Assembly (NCBI GenBank): GCA_036785375.1
Contig: JAWMAR010000059.1
Location: 7,192,001 to 7,256,000, forward strand
DNA from: Leucoraja ocellata
Lineage: Eukaryota
Length of the DNA: 64,000 bases
Direction: 5' to 3'
The translations under genes were made by a program, and so were the position numbers. Below the pieces are notes generated by a model that did no database searches, was not told the DNA's origin, and saw nothing but the letters and a program-made list of their open reading frames with translations. How positions within the stretch are numbered: position 1 is the first letter of the stretch; each line of letters starts with the position of its first letter. Positions 1 through 11,744 of the stretch are shown here, in pieces.

Positions 1-30
1 AATTAAATAGACTATTGACTATTGACTATT

Positions 31-1240
31 GAGAGCCAGTGGATGTAGTGTACCTGGACTTTCAGAAAGCATTTGATAAGGTCCCATATAGAAGATTAGT
101 GGGCAAAATTAGGGCACATGTTATTGGGGGTGTGGAGTGCTGACATGGATAGGGAAGTGGTTAGCAGACAGGAAACAAAGTCGGGATTAACTTTCAGAAT
201 GGCAGGCAGTGACTAGTGGGGTACCGCAAGGCTCGGTGCTGGGACCGCAGCTATTTACAATATGCATCCATGGTTTGGACGAAGGGATTCAAAGTAACAT
301 GAGCAAATTTGCAGACGATACAAGGCTGGGTGGCAGTCTGAACTGTGAGGAGGATGCTATGAGAATGCAGAATGAATTGGACAGGTTGGGGGAGTGGGCA
401 GATGCACGACACATGACGTTAAATGTGGATAAATGTGCGGTTATCCACTTTGGTAGCATAAATGGGAAGGCAGATCACTATCTAAATGGCGCCACGTAGG
501 GAAAAGGGGAAGTACAACGGGATCTGGGGTCCTTGTACATCAGTCTATGAAAGTAATCATGCAGGTACTGCAGGCAGTGAAGAATGCGAATGACATGTTG
601 GCCTTTATAGCAAGAGGAATCGAATATAGGAACACATAGTTCCTTCTGCAGTAGTACAGAATCCTAGTGAGACCACACCTGGAGTATTGTGTGCAGTGTT
701 GGTCCCCTAATTTGAGGAAGGACATTCTTGCTATTGAGTGAGTGCAGCGTAGGTTTACAAGGTTAATACCCGGAATGGCGGGATTGCCATATTCTGAGAG
801 AATGGAGCAGCTGGGCTTGTACACTCTGGAGTTTAGAAGGATGAGGGGATCTCAATGAAATATATACGATTGTTAAGGGCTTGGACACGCTGGAGGCCGG
901 AAACATGTTCCCGATGTTGGGGGGAGTCCAGACCCAGGGACCACAGTTTAAGAATAAGGAGTAAGCCACTTAGAACGGAGATGATGAAACACTTTTTCTC
1001 ACAGAGAGTGGTGAGTCTGTGGAATTCTCTGCATCAGAGGGCGGTGGAGGCAGGTTCTCTGGATGCTTTAAAGAGAGAGCTAGATAGGGCTCATAACGAT
1101 AGCGAAGTCAGGGGATATGCGTAGAAGGCAGGAGGAACAGGGTACTGATTAGGGACGATCAGGCATGATCACGTTGAATAGCGGTGCTGGCTCGAAGGGC
1201 TAAATGGCCACTCCTGCGCCTAATGTCTATTGTCTATTGT
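31..1240 (+). mobile_element. CR1-clade LINE, 3' part of ORF2 (reverse transcriptase) plus 3' UTR, decayed
   Basis: ORFs give SGVPQGSVLGPQLF...KFADDT and FFSQRVVSLWNSL, with stops and frameshifts; short tandem 3' tail (tctattg)n. Confidence 0.9.
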
Positions 1241-2297
1241 CTACCTTATCCATGCACCTGTCTATATGTTTCTTAAACGGTGCGATAGTACGTGCCTCAA
1301 ACATCTCCTGTGGCAGCTCATTCCATACACCCACCATCCTTTGTGTGACAAGGTTACCCCTCAGGTTCTCATTAAATATTTCCCTTTCTCCTTAACCTCT
1401 ATCCTCTGGTTCTCGTTTCCCATGCTCTGGGCAAAAGACCACCCGATATATTCCTCTCATGATTGTGTGAACCCCTATAAGATCACCTCTCGCTCTCCTG
1501 CGCTCCAAGGAATAAAGCCGTAGCCTGCTCACTCTCTCCCTATAGCCTAGTCCCGCGAGTCCTGGCAACATCGTGGTGAATCGTCTCTGAAGTTTTCAAG
1601 TTTGACAACATATTTCCTGTAATAGTGACCAAAGTGGAACACAATACTCTAACTGGCCTCTCTGACATCTCATATAACTGCAGCATGCTCTCACAACTTC
1701 TATACTCAACAAGATATTTCTTGGATATATATAGTATCTGCATTTTCTTCGCCCGAAAGACTTACCTTGGCTTTGCAAGCTAATACAGAAATAATTATTC
1801 CATAGAGAATACTCTTGCAAATCAGGATCAGATAAGTCAGTTTCGCAGTTTGCATTGTCTGAATTTTAGCTTCTGTTAAAGGAATATAAAGATGTGGTAA
1901 AGAATATGTAGAGTTAAGAATTACGTTTATTACAATAAATTCTTACTTGCTGAAGTAGTATAGGCACTTTAACATAACAGATAATTATGAATTACCAAAC
2001 GCTGGGGTTGCGGAATGTGAGGAAAGCTGTCAAAGTGGGAGTGTCAATGGGAGAAAGATCAGCTACATAAATGGGCAGATAAATGGCGGTCGGACTTTAT
2101 TTTGAACACGTGCGAGATGTTGTACTTTGGGAGGTCGTATGCAAGGGGACATTCTATAGTTAATGGCACGACCCTTAACGTCATCGATGTACAAAGGGAT
2201 CTTATGGTCCAAGTCCATAATTCCCTGAAAGTGGTAAAACAAATATACATTACCGCCACTGATCTTCCAGCAACTGGTGGCTCTGGCACCTCCTTTA

Positions 2298-5200
2298 TAT
2301 AACCATATACCCATACTACAATTACAGTAGGGAAACAGGCCATCTCGGCCCTTCCAGTCCGTGGCGAACACTTACTCTCACCTAGTCCCATCTACGTGCA
2401 CTCAGACCATAACCATCCATTCCTTCCCCGTCCATATACCTATACAATTTATTTTTAAATTATAAAATCTAACCTGCCTCCACCACTTCCACTAGAAGCT
2501 CATTCCACACAGCTACCACTCTCCGAGTAAAGAAGTTCCCCCTCGTGTAACCCCTAAACTTCCGTCCCTTAATTCTCAAATCATGTCCTCTTGTTTGAAT
2601 CTTCCCTACTCACAATGGAAAAAAGCTTATTGACGTCAACTCTGTCTATCCCTCTCATAATTTTAAAAACCTCTATCGTCCCCCCTTAAACTTCTGTGCT
2701 CCAAAGAATAAATACCTATCTTGTTCAACCTTTCTCTGTAACTTAGTTGCTGAAACCCAGGCAACATTCTAGTAAATCTCCTCTGTACTCTCTCTATTGT
2801 GTTGACATCCTGCCTATAATTGTAAAATAATAGACCAGAATTGTAAATCATATTCCAGAATTGGCCTCACCAATGCCTTGTACAATTTTAACATTACATG
2901 CCAACTTCTATACTCAATGCTCTGATTTATAAAGGCCAGCATACAAAAAGCTGCCTTTACCACTCTGTCTACATGAGATTCCGCCTTCAGGGAACTATGC
3001 ACAGTTATTCCCAGATCCCTCTGTTCTACTGCATTCCTCAATTCGCTCCCATTTACCATGTACGTCCTATTTTGATTTGTCCTACCAGGATATAACACCT
3101 CACACTTATTAGCATTAAACTCCATCTGCCATCTTTCAGTCCACTCTTCCAAATGGCCTAAATCTCTCTGTAGACTTTGAAAATCTACTTCGTTATCCAC
3201 AACACCACCTATCTTAGTATCATCTGCATACTTACTAATCCAATTTACCACACCATCATTCAGATCATTGATGTACATGACAAACAACAGTGGACCCAAA
3301 ACAGATCCCTGAGGCACCCCACTAGACACCGGCGTCCAACCTGACAAACAGCAATCCACCATTACTCTCTGATATCTCTCATTCATCCACTGTTGAATCC
3401 ATCTTGCTACTCCTGCATTTATACCCAACAATTGAACCTTCTTAACCAACCTTCCATGTGGAACCTTGTCAAGGGCCTTACTGAAGTCCTTATAGACACA
3501 TCCACCGTTTTACACTCATCAATTTTCCTAGTAACCTATTCAAAACATTCAAGAAGATTAGACAAACATGACCTTCCAGGCACAAATCCATGTTGACTGT
3601 TCCTAATCAGACCCTGTTTATCCAGGTGATTATATATATTATCTCTAAGCATAATCTCCATTAATTTGTCCACCATTCACGTCAAACTAACAGGTCTATA
3701 ATTGCTAGGTTTACTCTTAGAACCCCTTTTAAACAATGGAACAACATGCGTAGTACGCTAATCGTCCGGCACTATTCCCGTATCTAATGTAATTTGAAAT
3801 ATTTATGTCAAAGCCCCGGCTATTTCTACACTAACTTCCCTCAAATATCCTAGGGAATATCCTGTCCGGACCTGGAGACGTATCCACTTTTATATTTTTC
3901 AAAAGTGTCAGTACTTCCTCTTCTTTGATCCTCATAGTTTCCATAGCTACTCTACTTGTTTCCCTTACCTCACATAATCCATATCCTTCTCCTTGGTGAA
4001 TACCGACGAAAGGAAATTGTTCAATATCTCCCCATCTCTTTTGGCTCTGCAGATAGCTGTGCACTCTGACTATTTAATGGACCAATTTTATCCCTCGTTA
4101 CCCTTTTGCTATTAATATAACTGTAGAAACCCATTGGATTTACTTTCACCTTACTTGCCAAAGCAACCTCATATCTTGTTTTAGCTTTTCTAATTTATTT
4201 CTTAAGATTCTTTTTACATTCTCTACACTCCTCAAGCACCTCATTTACTCAATGCTGCCTATATTTATTGTAGATCTCCCTCTTTTTCCGAATCAAATGT
4301 CCAATTCCCCTTGAAAACCATGGCTCTTTCCAATTATCACTCTTTCCTTTCAACCCAACAGGGAAGTAAAGATTATGTACTGTTAAAATGTCACCTTTAA
4401 ATGTCCTACAAGTGTTGCCACACCTTTCCTATTTCTCAGTTCCATCCAAATAGCCTCCATAGACGAGCCCTCTAAACTATCCTACCAAAGCACCACTGTA
4501 ATATCTTCCCTGACAAGCATTGCAACACCTCCACCTCTTGCCCCTCAAATTCTATCACAGCTGAAGCAACGAAATCCTGGAATATGTAGTTTCCAATCAC
4601 AGCCCTCCTGCAACCATGTTTCACTGATCGCCACAACATCATACTGCCAGCTGTCAATCCAGGCTCTAAGCTCATCCACATTTCTTACAATGGTCCGAGC
4701 ATTAAAATATACACATTTAAGAAACCCAACCCCCTCTTATTCTCTGTTTATTATATTTTACTTCTTTCTCCCCTACATGTTGGGTCAGAGTGCTACCCTT
4801 CTCTGCCTCCTGCCTCACACACTGTCTACTAGCTTTATCTATTTCAGTCCCTCTCCCCAACCGTTCTAGTTTAACGTCTCCCCAGTAGCCTCTGCAAATC
4901 TCCCCGCCAGGAAATTGGTTCCCTTCGGATTCAAGTGCAATCCGTCCTTTTTGTACAGGTCACAACTTCCACAATGATCCATAAACTTGAATCCGTGCCC
5001 TCTGCACCAGTCCCTCAGCCACGCATTTATCCTCCACCTCGCTCCATTCCTACTCTCACTTCAGCGTGTCACAGGCCGTAATCCTGAGATTGTTACCTTT
5101 GCCGTTCTTCTCCGTAACTCGCTTCCTACCTCCCTAAATTCTCCTTTCAGGACTTCTTCTGTTTTTCTACCTATGTCATTGTTACCTATATGTACCACGA

Positions 5201-5390
5201 CCTCAGGCTCCTCTCCCTCCCATTCCAGGATATCTTGGACACGTTGAAAAACATCCCAGGCCATGGTACTAGAGAGGCAAACTACCATCCGGGTCTCCTG
5301 ACTGCGTCCACAGAATCGCCTATCTGACCCCCTAACTTTAGAGTCCCCATTTACTATTGCCAGAGGCCCGGCCGCTGTCGCTACCCCCAA
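2298..5390 (-). mobile_element. CR1 LINE copy (end of ORF1 plus internally deleted ORF2)
   Basis: ORF 2814-3449 has GVPQGSVLGPLLF...KYADDTK. ORF 5061-5390 resembles CR1 ORF1 (VVVHIGNNDIGRK). 3' tail is (taaccata)-like near 2300. Confidence 0.9.
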
Positions 5391-6445
5391 TTCGGCTCAT
5401 CTAGTTACGAGAGCATACTCGAAATCCCTCCCGGAAATCTGCTTCGAAAATGTGACGCTGACGCCGAATGCGGCCGCTGATCTCGATCTGTTCGGGATTT
5501 CTGCGGCGGATTGACTGGTCAGTTTTCCTCCCTGCGGCCGGGGCTCTGTATCTCTGGCCCGGCTGGACGGGGCAGATGCATTCCCGTAGCCGTCATCTGA
5601 GGCTGACTTTGTACATTACCTTCATTAGTCAGAGTATTGAGTATAGAAATTTGGAACGCATGTTACAGGAAGACTTCGTTGAGGCCACATTTGGACTATA
5701 GTTTTCACCATGTTATTGGAAATATGTTGATGTGTGGGCTATTGCGCAGAGAAGATTTGCCAGGACTCGGGGGTCCGAGCTATATGGNNNNNNNNNNNNN
5801 NNNNNNNNNNNNNNNNNNNNNNNNNNNNNNNNNNNNNNNNNNNNNNNNNNNNNNNNNNNNNNNNNNNNNNNNNNNNNNNNNNNNNNNNNNNNNNNNNNNN
5901 NNNNNNNNNNNNNNNNNNNNNNNNNNNNNNNNNNNNNNNNNNNNNNNNNNNNNNNNNNNNNNNNNNNNNNNNNNNNNNNNNNNNNNNTTTTTCGCCTCCC
6001 ACCTTAAACCTATGGCCTCAGATTTTTGATTCTTAATTTCCCTACACTAAGGAAAAGTGTGAATTAACCCTATTTATTCCCTTCGTGATTTTATGAACCT
6101 CTATAGAACCACACCACATCCTCCTGCGCTCGAATACTAGCCTGGTCAATCACTCCCTATAGCTCAGGCCCTCGAGTCCTCGCAACATCTTCTTAAACCA
6201 TCTCAGCAAATCTCCAGCTTAACAACAACTTTCCCATAACAGGGTCTCCAAAAGTGAACATAGTGCTCCAAATGTATGGTAATCCAAATGTAGTCCCAAC
6301 AATTGCTCGTGCAATAGTAACATCAACACCAAGCCTTTAGACCCAATACCCTGCCTGATGAAGGCAAATGTGCCAAAGTCATCTTCGTGGCCCTGTCTAC
6401 ATTTGACACCGATTTCAGATACATTTGCAGAGGTAACGGGACATT

Positions 6446-8722
6446 ACCATATATAACCATAAAACCATATAACAATTACAGCACGGAAACAGGCCATCTC
6501 GACCCTTCTAGTCCGTGCCGAACACGTATTCTCCCCTAGTCCCATACACCTGCCTTCAGACCATAACCCTCCATACCTTTCCCGTCCATATAACTATCCA
6601 ATTTATTTTTAAATGATAAAAACGAACCTGCCTCCACCACCTTCACTGGAAGCTCATTCCACACAGCTACCACTATCTGAGTAAACAAGTTCCCCCCCAT
6701 GTTACCCCTAAACTTCTGTCCCTTAATTCTCAAGTCATGTCCCCTTGTTTGAATCTTCCCTACTCTCAGTGGGAAAAGATTATCCACGTATATCCCTCTC
6801 ATCATTTTAAAGACCTCTATCAAGTCCCCCCTTAACCTTCTGCGCTCCAAAGTATAAAGCCCTAACTTGTTCAACCTTTCTCTGTAACTTAGTTGCTGAA
6901 ACACAGGCTACATTCTAGTAAATCTCCTCTGTAGTATCTCTATTTTGTTGACATACTTCCTATAATTAGGCGACCAAAATTGTACACCTTACTCCAAAAT
7001 TGGCCTCACCAATGCCTTGCACAATTATAACATTACATCCCAACTTCTATACTCAATGCACTGATTTATAAAGGCCAGCACACCAAAAGCTTTCTTTACC
7101 ACCCTGTCTACATGATATTCCCCTTTCAGGGAACTGTGCACAGTTATTCCCAGACCCCTCTGTTCACCTGCATTCTTCAATTCCCTACCATTTACCATGC
7201 ACGTCCTATTTAGATTTGTAGCACCTCACACTTATCAGCATTAAACTCCATCTGCCGTCTTTGTAGCCAATATGTAGCACCTCACACTTATCAGCATTAA
7301 ACTCCATCTGCCATCTTTCTGCCCACTTTTCCAACTGGCATAAATCTCTCTGTAGACTGAACATCTACTTCATTATCCACAACCCCACCTATCTTAGTAT
7401 TATCTGCATACTTACTAGTCCAATCTACCGCACCATCATTCAGATCATTGGAGTACATGACAAACAACAGTGGACCCAACACAGATCCATGTGGCAACCC
7501 ACTAGTCAGTGGCCTCCAACCTGACAAACAACCATCCACCATTACTCTCTGGCAACTCCCATTCAGCCATTGTTGAATCCATCTTGCTACTCCTCCATGA
7601 ATCCCCAACCATTGAACCTTCTTAACCAACCTTTCGTGAGGAACCTTGTCAAACTAACTGGTCTATAATTGCTAGGTTTACTCTTAGACCCCCTTTTATA
7701 CAATGGAACAACATGCGCAGTACGCCAATCCTCCGGCACTATTCCCGTTTCTAATGACATTTGAAATATTTCTGTCATAGCCCCTGCTATTTCTACACAA
7801 ACTTCCCTCAATGTCCTAGGAAATATCCTGTCCGGACCTGGAGACTTATCCATTTTTATATTTCTCAAAAGTGTCAGTACTTCCTCTTCTTTGATCCTCA
7901 TAGTTTCCATAGCTACTCTACTTGTTTCCCTCACCTCACATCCTTCAATATCCTTCTCCTTGGTGAATACCGAAGAAAAAAAATTGTTCAATATCTCCCC
8001 CATCTCTTTTGGCTCTGCAGATAGCTATCCACTCTGACTCTCTAATGGACCAACTTTTACTCCTCGTTATCCTTTTGCTATTAATATTGCTGTAGAAACC
8101 CTTAGGATTTACTTTCACCTTACATGCCAAAGCAACCTCATATCTTCGTTTAGCTTTTCTAATTTCTTTCTTGAGATTCTTTTTACATTCTTTATACTCC
8201 TCAAGCACCTCCTTTACTCCATGCTGCCTATAATTATTGTAGATCTCTCTCTTTTTCCGACCCAAGTGTCCAATTTCCCTTGAAAACCATTGATCTTTCC
8301 AATTTTTACTATTTCCTTTCAACTGAACAGGGACATACAGATTCTGTACTCTTAAAAATTTACCTTTAAATGTCCTCCATTTCTCTTCCACATCTTTCCC
8401 ATAAAACAAACTGTCCCAATTTACTCCTTTTAAATCCTTTCGCATCTCCTCAAAGATAGCCTTTCTCCAATCATAAATCTCAACCCTAGGTCCAGTTCTG
8501 ACCCTCTCCATAATTATATTGAAACTAATGGTATTGTGATCACTGGTCCCGAACTGTTCCCCAACGCATACCTCTGCCACCTGACCCGTCTCATTTCCTA
8601 ACAGGAGGTCCAACACTGCCCCTTCTCTCGTAGGTACTTCTATGTATTGCTGCAAAAAACTATCCTGCACACATTTTACAAACTCCAACCCGTTTACAGA
8701 ATGTGTTTCCCAGTCTATGTGT
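6446..8722 (-). mobile_element. 5'-truncated CR1 LINE with 7-bp target-site duplication GGACATT
   Basis: Endonuclease/RT ORF fragments (7945-8805, 7587-8003, 7297-7629, 6536-6904). GGACATT at 6439-6445 and 8723-8729; empty paralogous site near 17765. Confidence 0.9.
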
Positions 8723-8944
8723 GGACATTGTAAGGGGACCCTAACACCGTATGGTATACTTGCCTTCTTCGGTCGTGGAATTGAGTATAAGTGTAAGGAA
8801 GTCACAATGCAGATTTATAGGATTTTGAGCCGGTCGTATTTGGAATAGTGCGTATAGTTCTGGTCGATCCCATTACAGGAAGCATGTGAAGGCTTTGGAG
8901 AGGGTGCGGAAGAGGCATACCAGAATGATACCTGGATTAGAGGG

Positions 8945-9252
8945 TACCGGGAAGTGGGGGCACTGCCCTGGCAGCAGCGGTTCGCCTGCAGTCCTTTTTG
9001 TCTTTACATGAGGGCGGCCTGGCGCGGAGCTGAGACTCTCCCGTGAGGGGCTGTGGCACTCCCATCGGGGCTGCCCATCCCGAGGGTGGAACAGCGCTCC
9101 AGTCGGAGCGGCCCAGCTCGAGGGAGGTACGGCGCTCCCGTTTATTGTTGTTTATTATTGTATTATTGTATGTGTGACTGCAGGCACGGAATTTCCTTCA
9201 GACCGTAAGGTCTGAATGACAATAAAGGTAATTCTAAAATTCTAATTCTAAT
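8945..9252 (+). repeat. GC-rich interspersed repeat with short internal tandem units and (aattct)n tail
   Basis: gcgctcccgtgaggg-type units and 3' end gtctgaatgacaataaagg...aattctaattct, shared with 26230-26910. Confidence 0.65.
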
Positions 9253-9768
9253 CTTATACGTCTCATTAAGAAAACACNNNNNNNNNNNNNNNNNNNNNNN
9301 NNNNNNNNNNNNNNNNNNNNNNNNNNNNNNNNNNNNNNNNNNNNNNNNNNNNNNNNNNNNNNNNNNNNNNNNNNNNNNNNNNNNNNNNNNNNNNNNNNNN
9401 NNNNNNNNNNNNNNNNNNNNNNNNNNNNNNNNNNNNNNNNNNNNNNNNNNNNNNNNNNNNNNNNNNNNNNNNNNNNNNNNNNNNNNNNNNNNNNNNNNNN
9501 NNNNNNNNNNNNNNNNTAAGAGTATTATGTTTGCATACGCTGTGCTGCTGCAAGTGTAAATTCCATTGCCTCGTTTGGGACATACGAAAATAAAAACTCC
9601 GGCATCTGCAGTCTTTAATCACTCCGGCATCTGCAGTTCCTTTTATCTGGAGATGATTCACATCGGCCCCGCTGGAGGTCGCACCGCTCCCCGAGCTTCT
9701 CAGACCATGTGCGGGACACCTGTTCTCCCATCGACAGTCACCTACACCCATTTGTAAAAGGCGAGGAG

Positions 9769-9807
9769 GGTTTTTGTCAACCTCGGCCGCCTCGCCGCGT
9801 CGCTGTG
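9769..9807 (-). other. 23-bp-spacer recombination signal sequence of V1
   Basis: Minus strand: heptamer CACAGCG (9807-9801), 23-nt spacer, consensus nonamer ACAAAAACC (9777-9769). Confidence 0.95.
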
Positions 9808-10103
9808 TAGCTTCCATGCGCAGAAATACAGGGCTGAGTCATTCGCTACCAGGCTGGTGAATATCAGATCGAACCGGTTCTTTGTTCTGACCGCGGAGAG
9901 ACCGTTCGTCGTCTCTTTCGGTTCCACGTGCGTCTGACTTATGGAATAGAACAGGTCCCGGAGCCCCCCTCCGGCGGACTGTCCGTACCAGTACATATAG
10001 TCACTGTCGCTCCCTCCCTCCGCCGTGCAGCGTAGTTCCAATGCATTCCCGGGTTCTCTAGAAAAGGTGGTTGGATTCTGGCTGACGGTCACCGAGTTCA
10101 CAT
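9808..10103 (-). CDS. TRBV: TCR beta V gene segment V1, V exon (apparently functional; inverted relative to J-C)
   Basis: tttccag acceptor, then an open frame VNSVTVSQNP...LELRC...YMYWYGQ...DSALYFCAWKL with both Cys and the Trp of an Ig V-set domain, abutting a 23-RSS. Confidence 0.92.
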
Positions 10104-10797
10104 CTGGAAATAGAGAGACAAAGAGTGGGGAGAGTGAAAAAGAAGGGGGCAGGGTGTGAACGACGGACTTTCGACGGAGGGGCAATAAATGGGGAGCGAT
10201 GCGGTGTAGGAGACGTGGGGAGTTTGAGAGAAAGATGGGCAGTGCGAGGGAGAGGGGGAGACATTGAGTGATGTGAAGATGGAGAGGTAGAATCAGCGGG
10301 AGGAGAAGAGGAGGGGGTAGAGATGGGGAGATGTTGGAGACATCGGGGAATGTGAAGATGGATAGACAATTTAAAGAGATAAGAGTGGAGGACAGGTTAT
10401 AGAGAGGGCCAGAGGACAGAGAGATGCGGTGTGAGGGAGATAGATTGTAGCGAGAGTGGAGGCGAAGGAGTGCGTAGAGAGGAAGAGGGGGGTTTAGAGA
10501 GATGGGGTAAGGTGAGATATTGGTGAGACAGATAGAAAGTGTGGAGTAGAATTAGAGGATACGACAGAGATTCGGAGAAGTAGAGAGAAAACAGAGAGAG
10601 GTGAGATGAAGGGGTAAGTGTGAGAGAGACAGGAAAGATATTGCAAGAGAAGGAGAGGGAGAGATAAAGAATAAAGGGGGAGGAAAGAGAGATAGAGAAG
10701 AGAGAGAATGACAGCGGGAGAGAAACAGGGAAAGATAAATGCAGAGAGAAGGGAACGGCAGGGGGAGAAAGAAGGGCGTTCGGTGAATCCCACTTAC

Positions 10798-10834
10798 AAG
10801 GAAACCAGGTCCCCACAGCGAGGAGGATAAACAT
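10798..10834 (-). CDS. TRBV: Leader exon of V1 (MFILLAVGTWFP)
   Basis: ATG at 10834; 37-nt hydrophobic exon ending in a phase-1 GTAAGT donor, in frame with the V exon. Confidence 0.88.
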
Positions 10835-11744
10835 CTTTCTGAGGGCTCTCTCCACTCAATGACAGAAGTGTGGAGATCGAGCGCCGGTCGTCGGACTGGA
10901 GCGGAATCGCACGTGGCATAGAACCGCCCCTTCACCAAGGGTAACCAATCCGAATCATGTGGAAATGTATCAAACCATGAGAGTAATGCATCGGGTAGAC
11001 GCACAGAGACTCTTGCCCACAATAGTGAATCGAGGACCAGAGGGCAGGTTCAACGTGAAGTGGAAAAGGTTTAATAGGAATCTGAGGGGTAACTTTTTCG
11101 CACATGTGAGTAGTGCGTGTGTGGAACAAGCTGCCAGAGGATTTAGTTGAGGCAGGGACAATCCCACATTTAGACGGTTACATGGATAGGACAGGTTTCG
11201 TGGGATATGGACCAAACGCGGTGAAGTGAGGTTAGTGTAGCTGGGAAATGTTGGCCGTTGTGGGCAAGTTGGGCCGAAGTTGGCCATACTGTATCACTCT
11301 GTGACTTCATGCCTCAACGTAGATATGGACTCGGGACGACTCACGGTGGAGTTNNNNNNNNNNNNNNNNNNNNNNNNNNNNNNNNNNNNNNNNNNNNNNN
11401 NNNNNNNNNNNNNNNNNNNNNNNNNNNNNNNNNNNNNNNNNNNNNNNNNNNNNNNNNNNNNNNNNNNNNNNNNNNNNNNNNNNNNNNNNNNNNNNNNNNN
11501 NNNNNNNNNNNNNNNNNNNNNNNNNNNNNNNNNNNNNNNNNNNNNNNNNNNNNNNNNNNNNNNNNNNNNNNNNNNNNNNNNNNNNNNNNNNNNNNNNNNN
11601 NNNNNNNNNNNNNNNNNNNNNNNNNNNNNNNNNNNNNNNCCCTCTTTCTCTTTATTTCTTTCTCTCTCTCTTTCGTTTTCTCCCTCTTTCGTTTTCTCCC
11701 TCTCTTTCGTCCTCTTTCACCACATCTTCTTCCTTTCCCTGCTC

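Noticed and set aside
10397-11022. Long Ser/Leu/Pro-rich ORFs (also 18518-19340, 30783-31341, 57308-57758)
   Set aside because: Low-complexity GA/CT tracts in introns or intergenic DNA; only the short leader exons within them are real.
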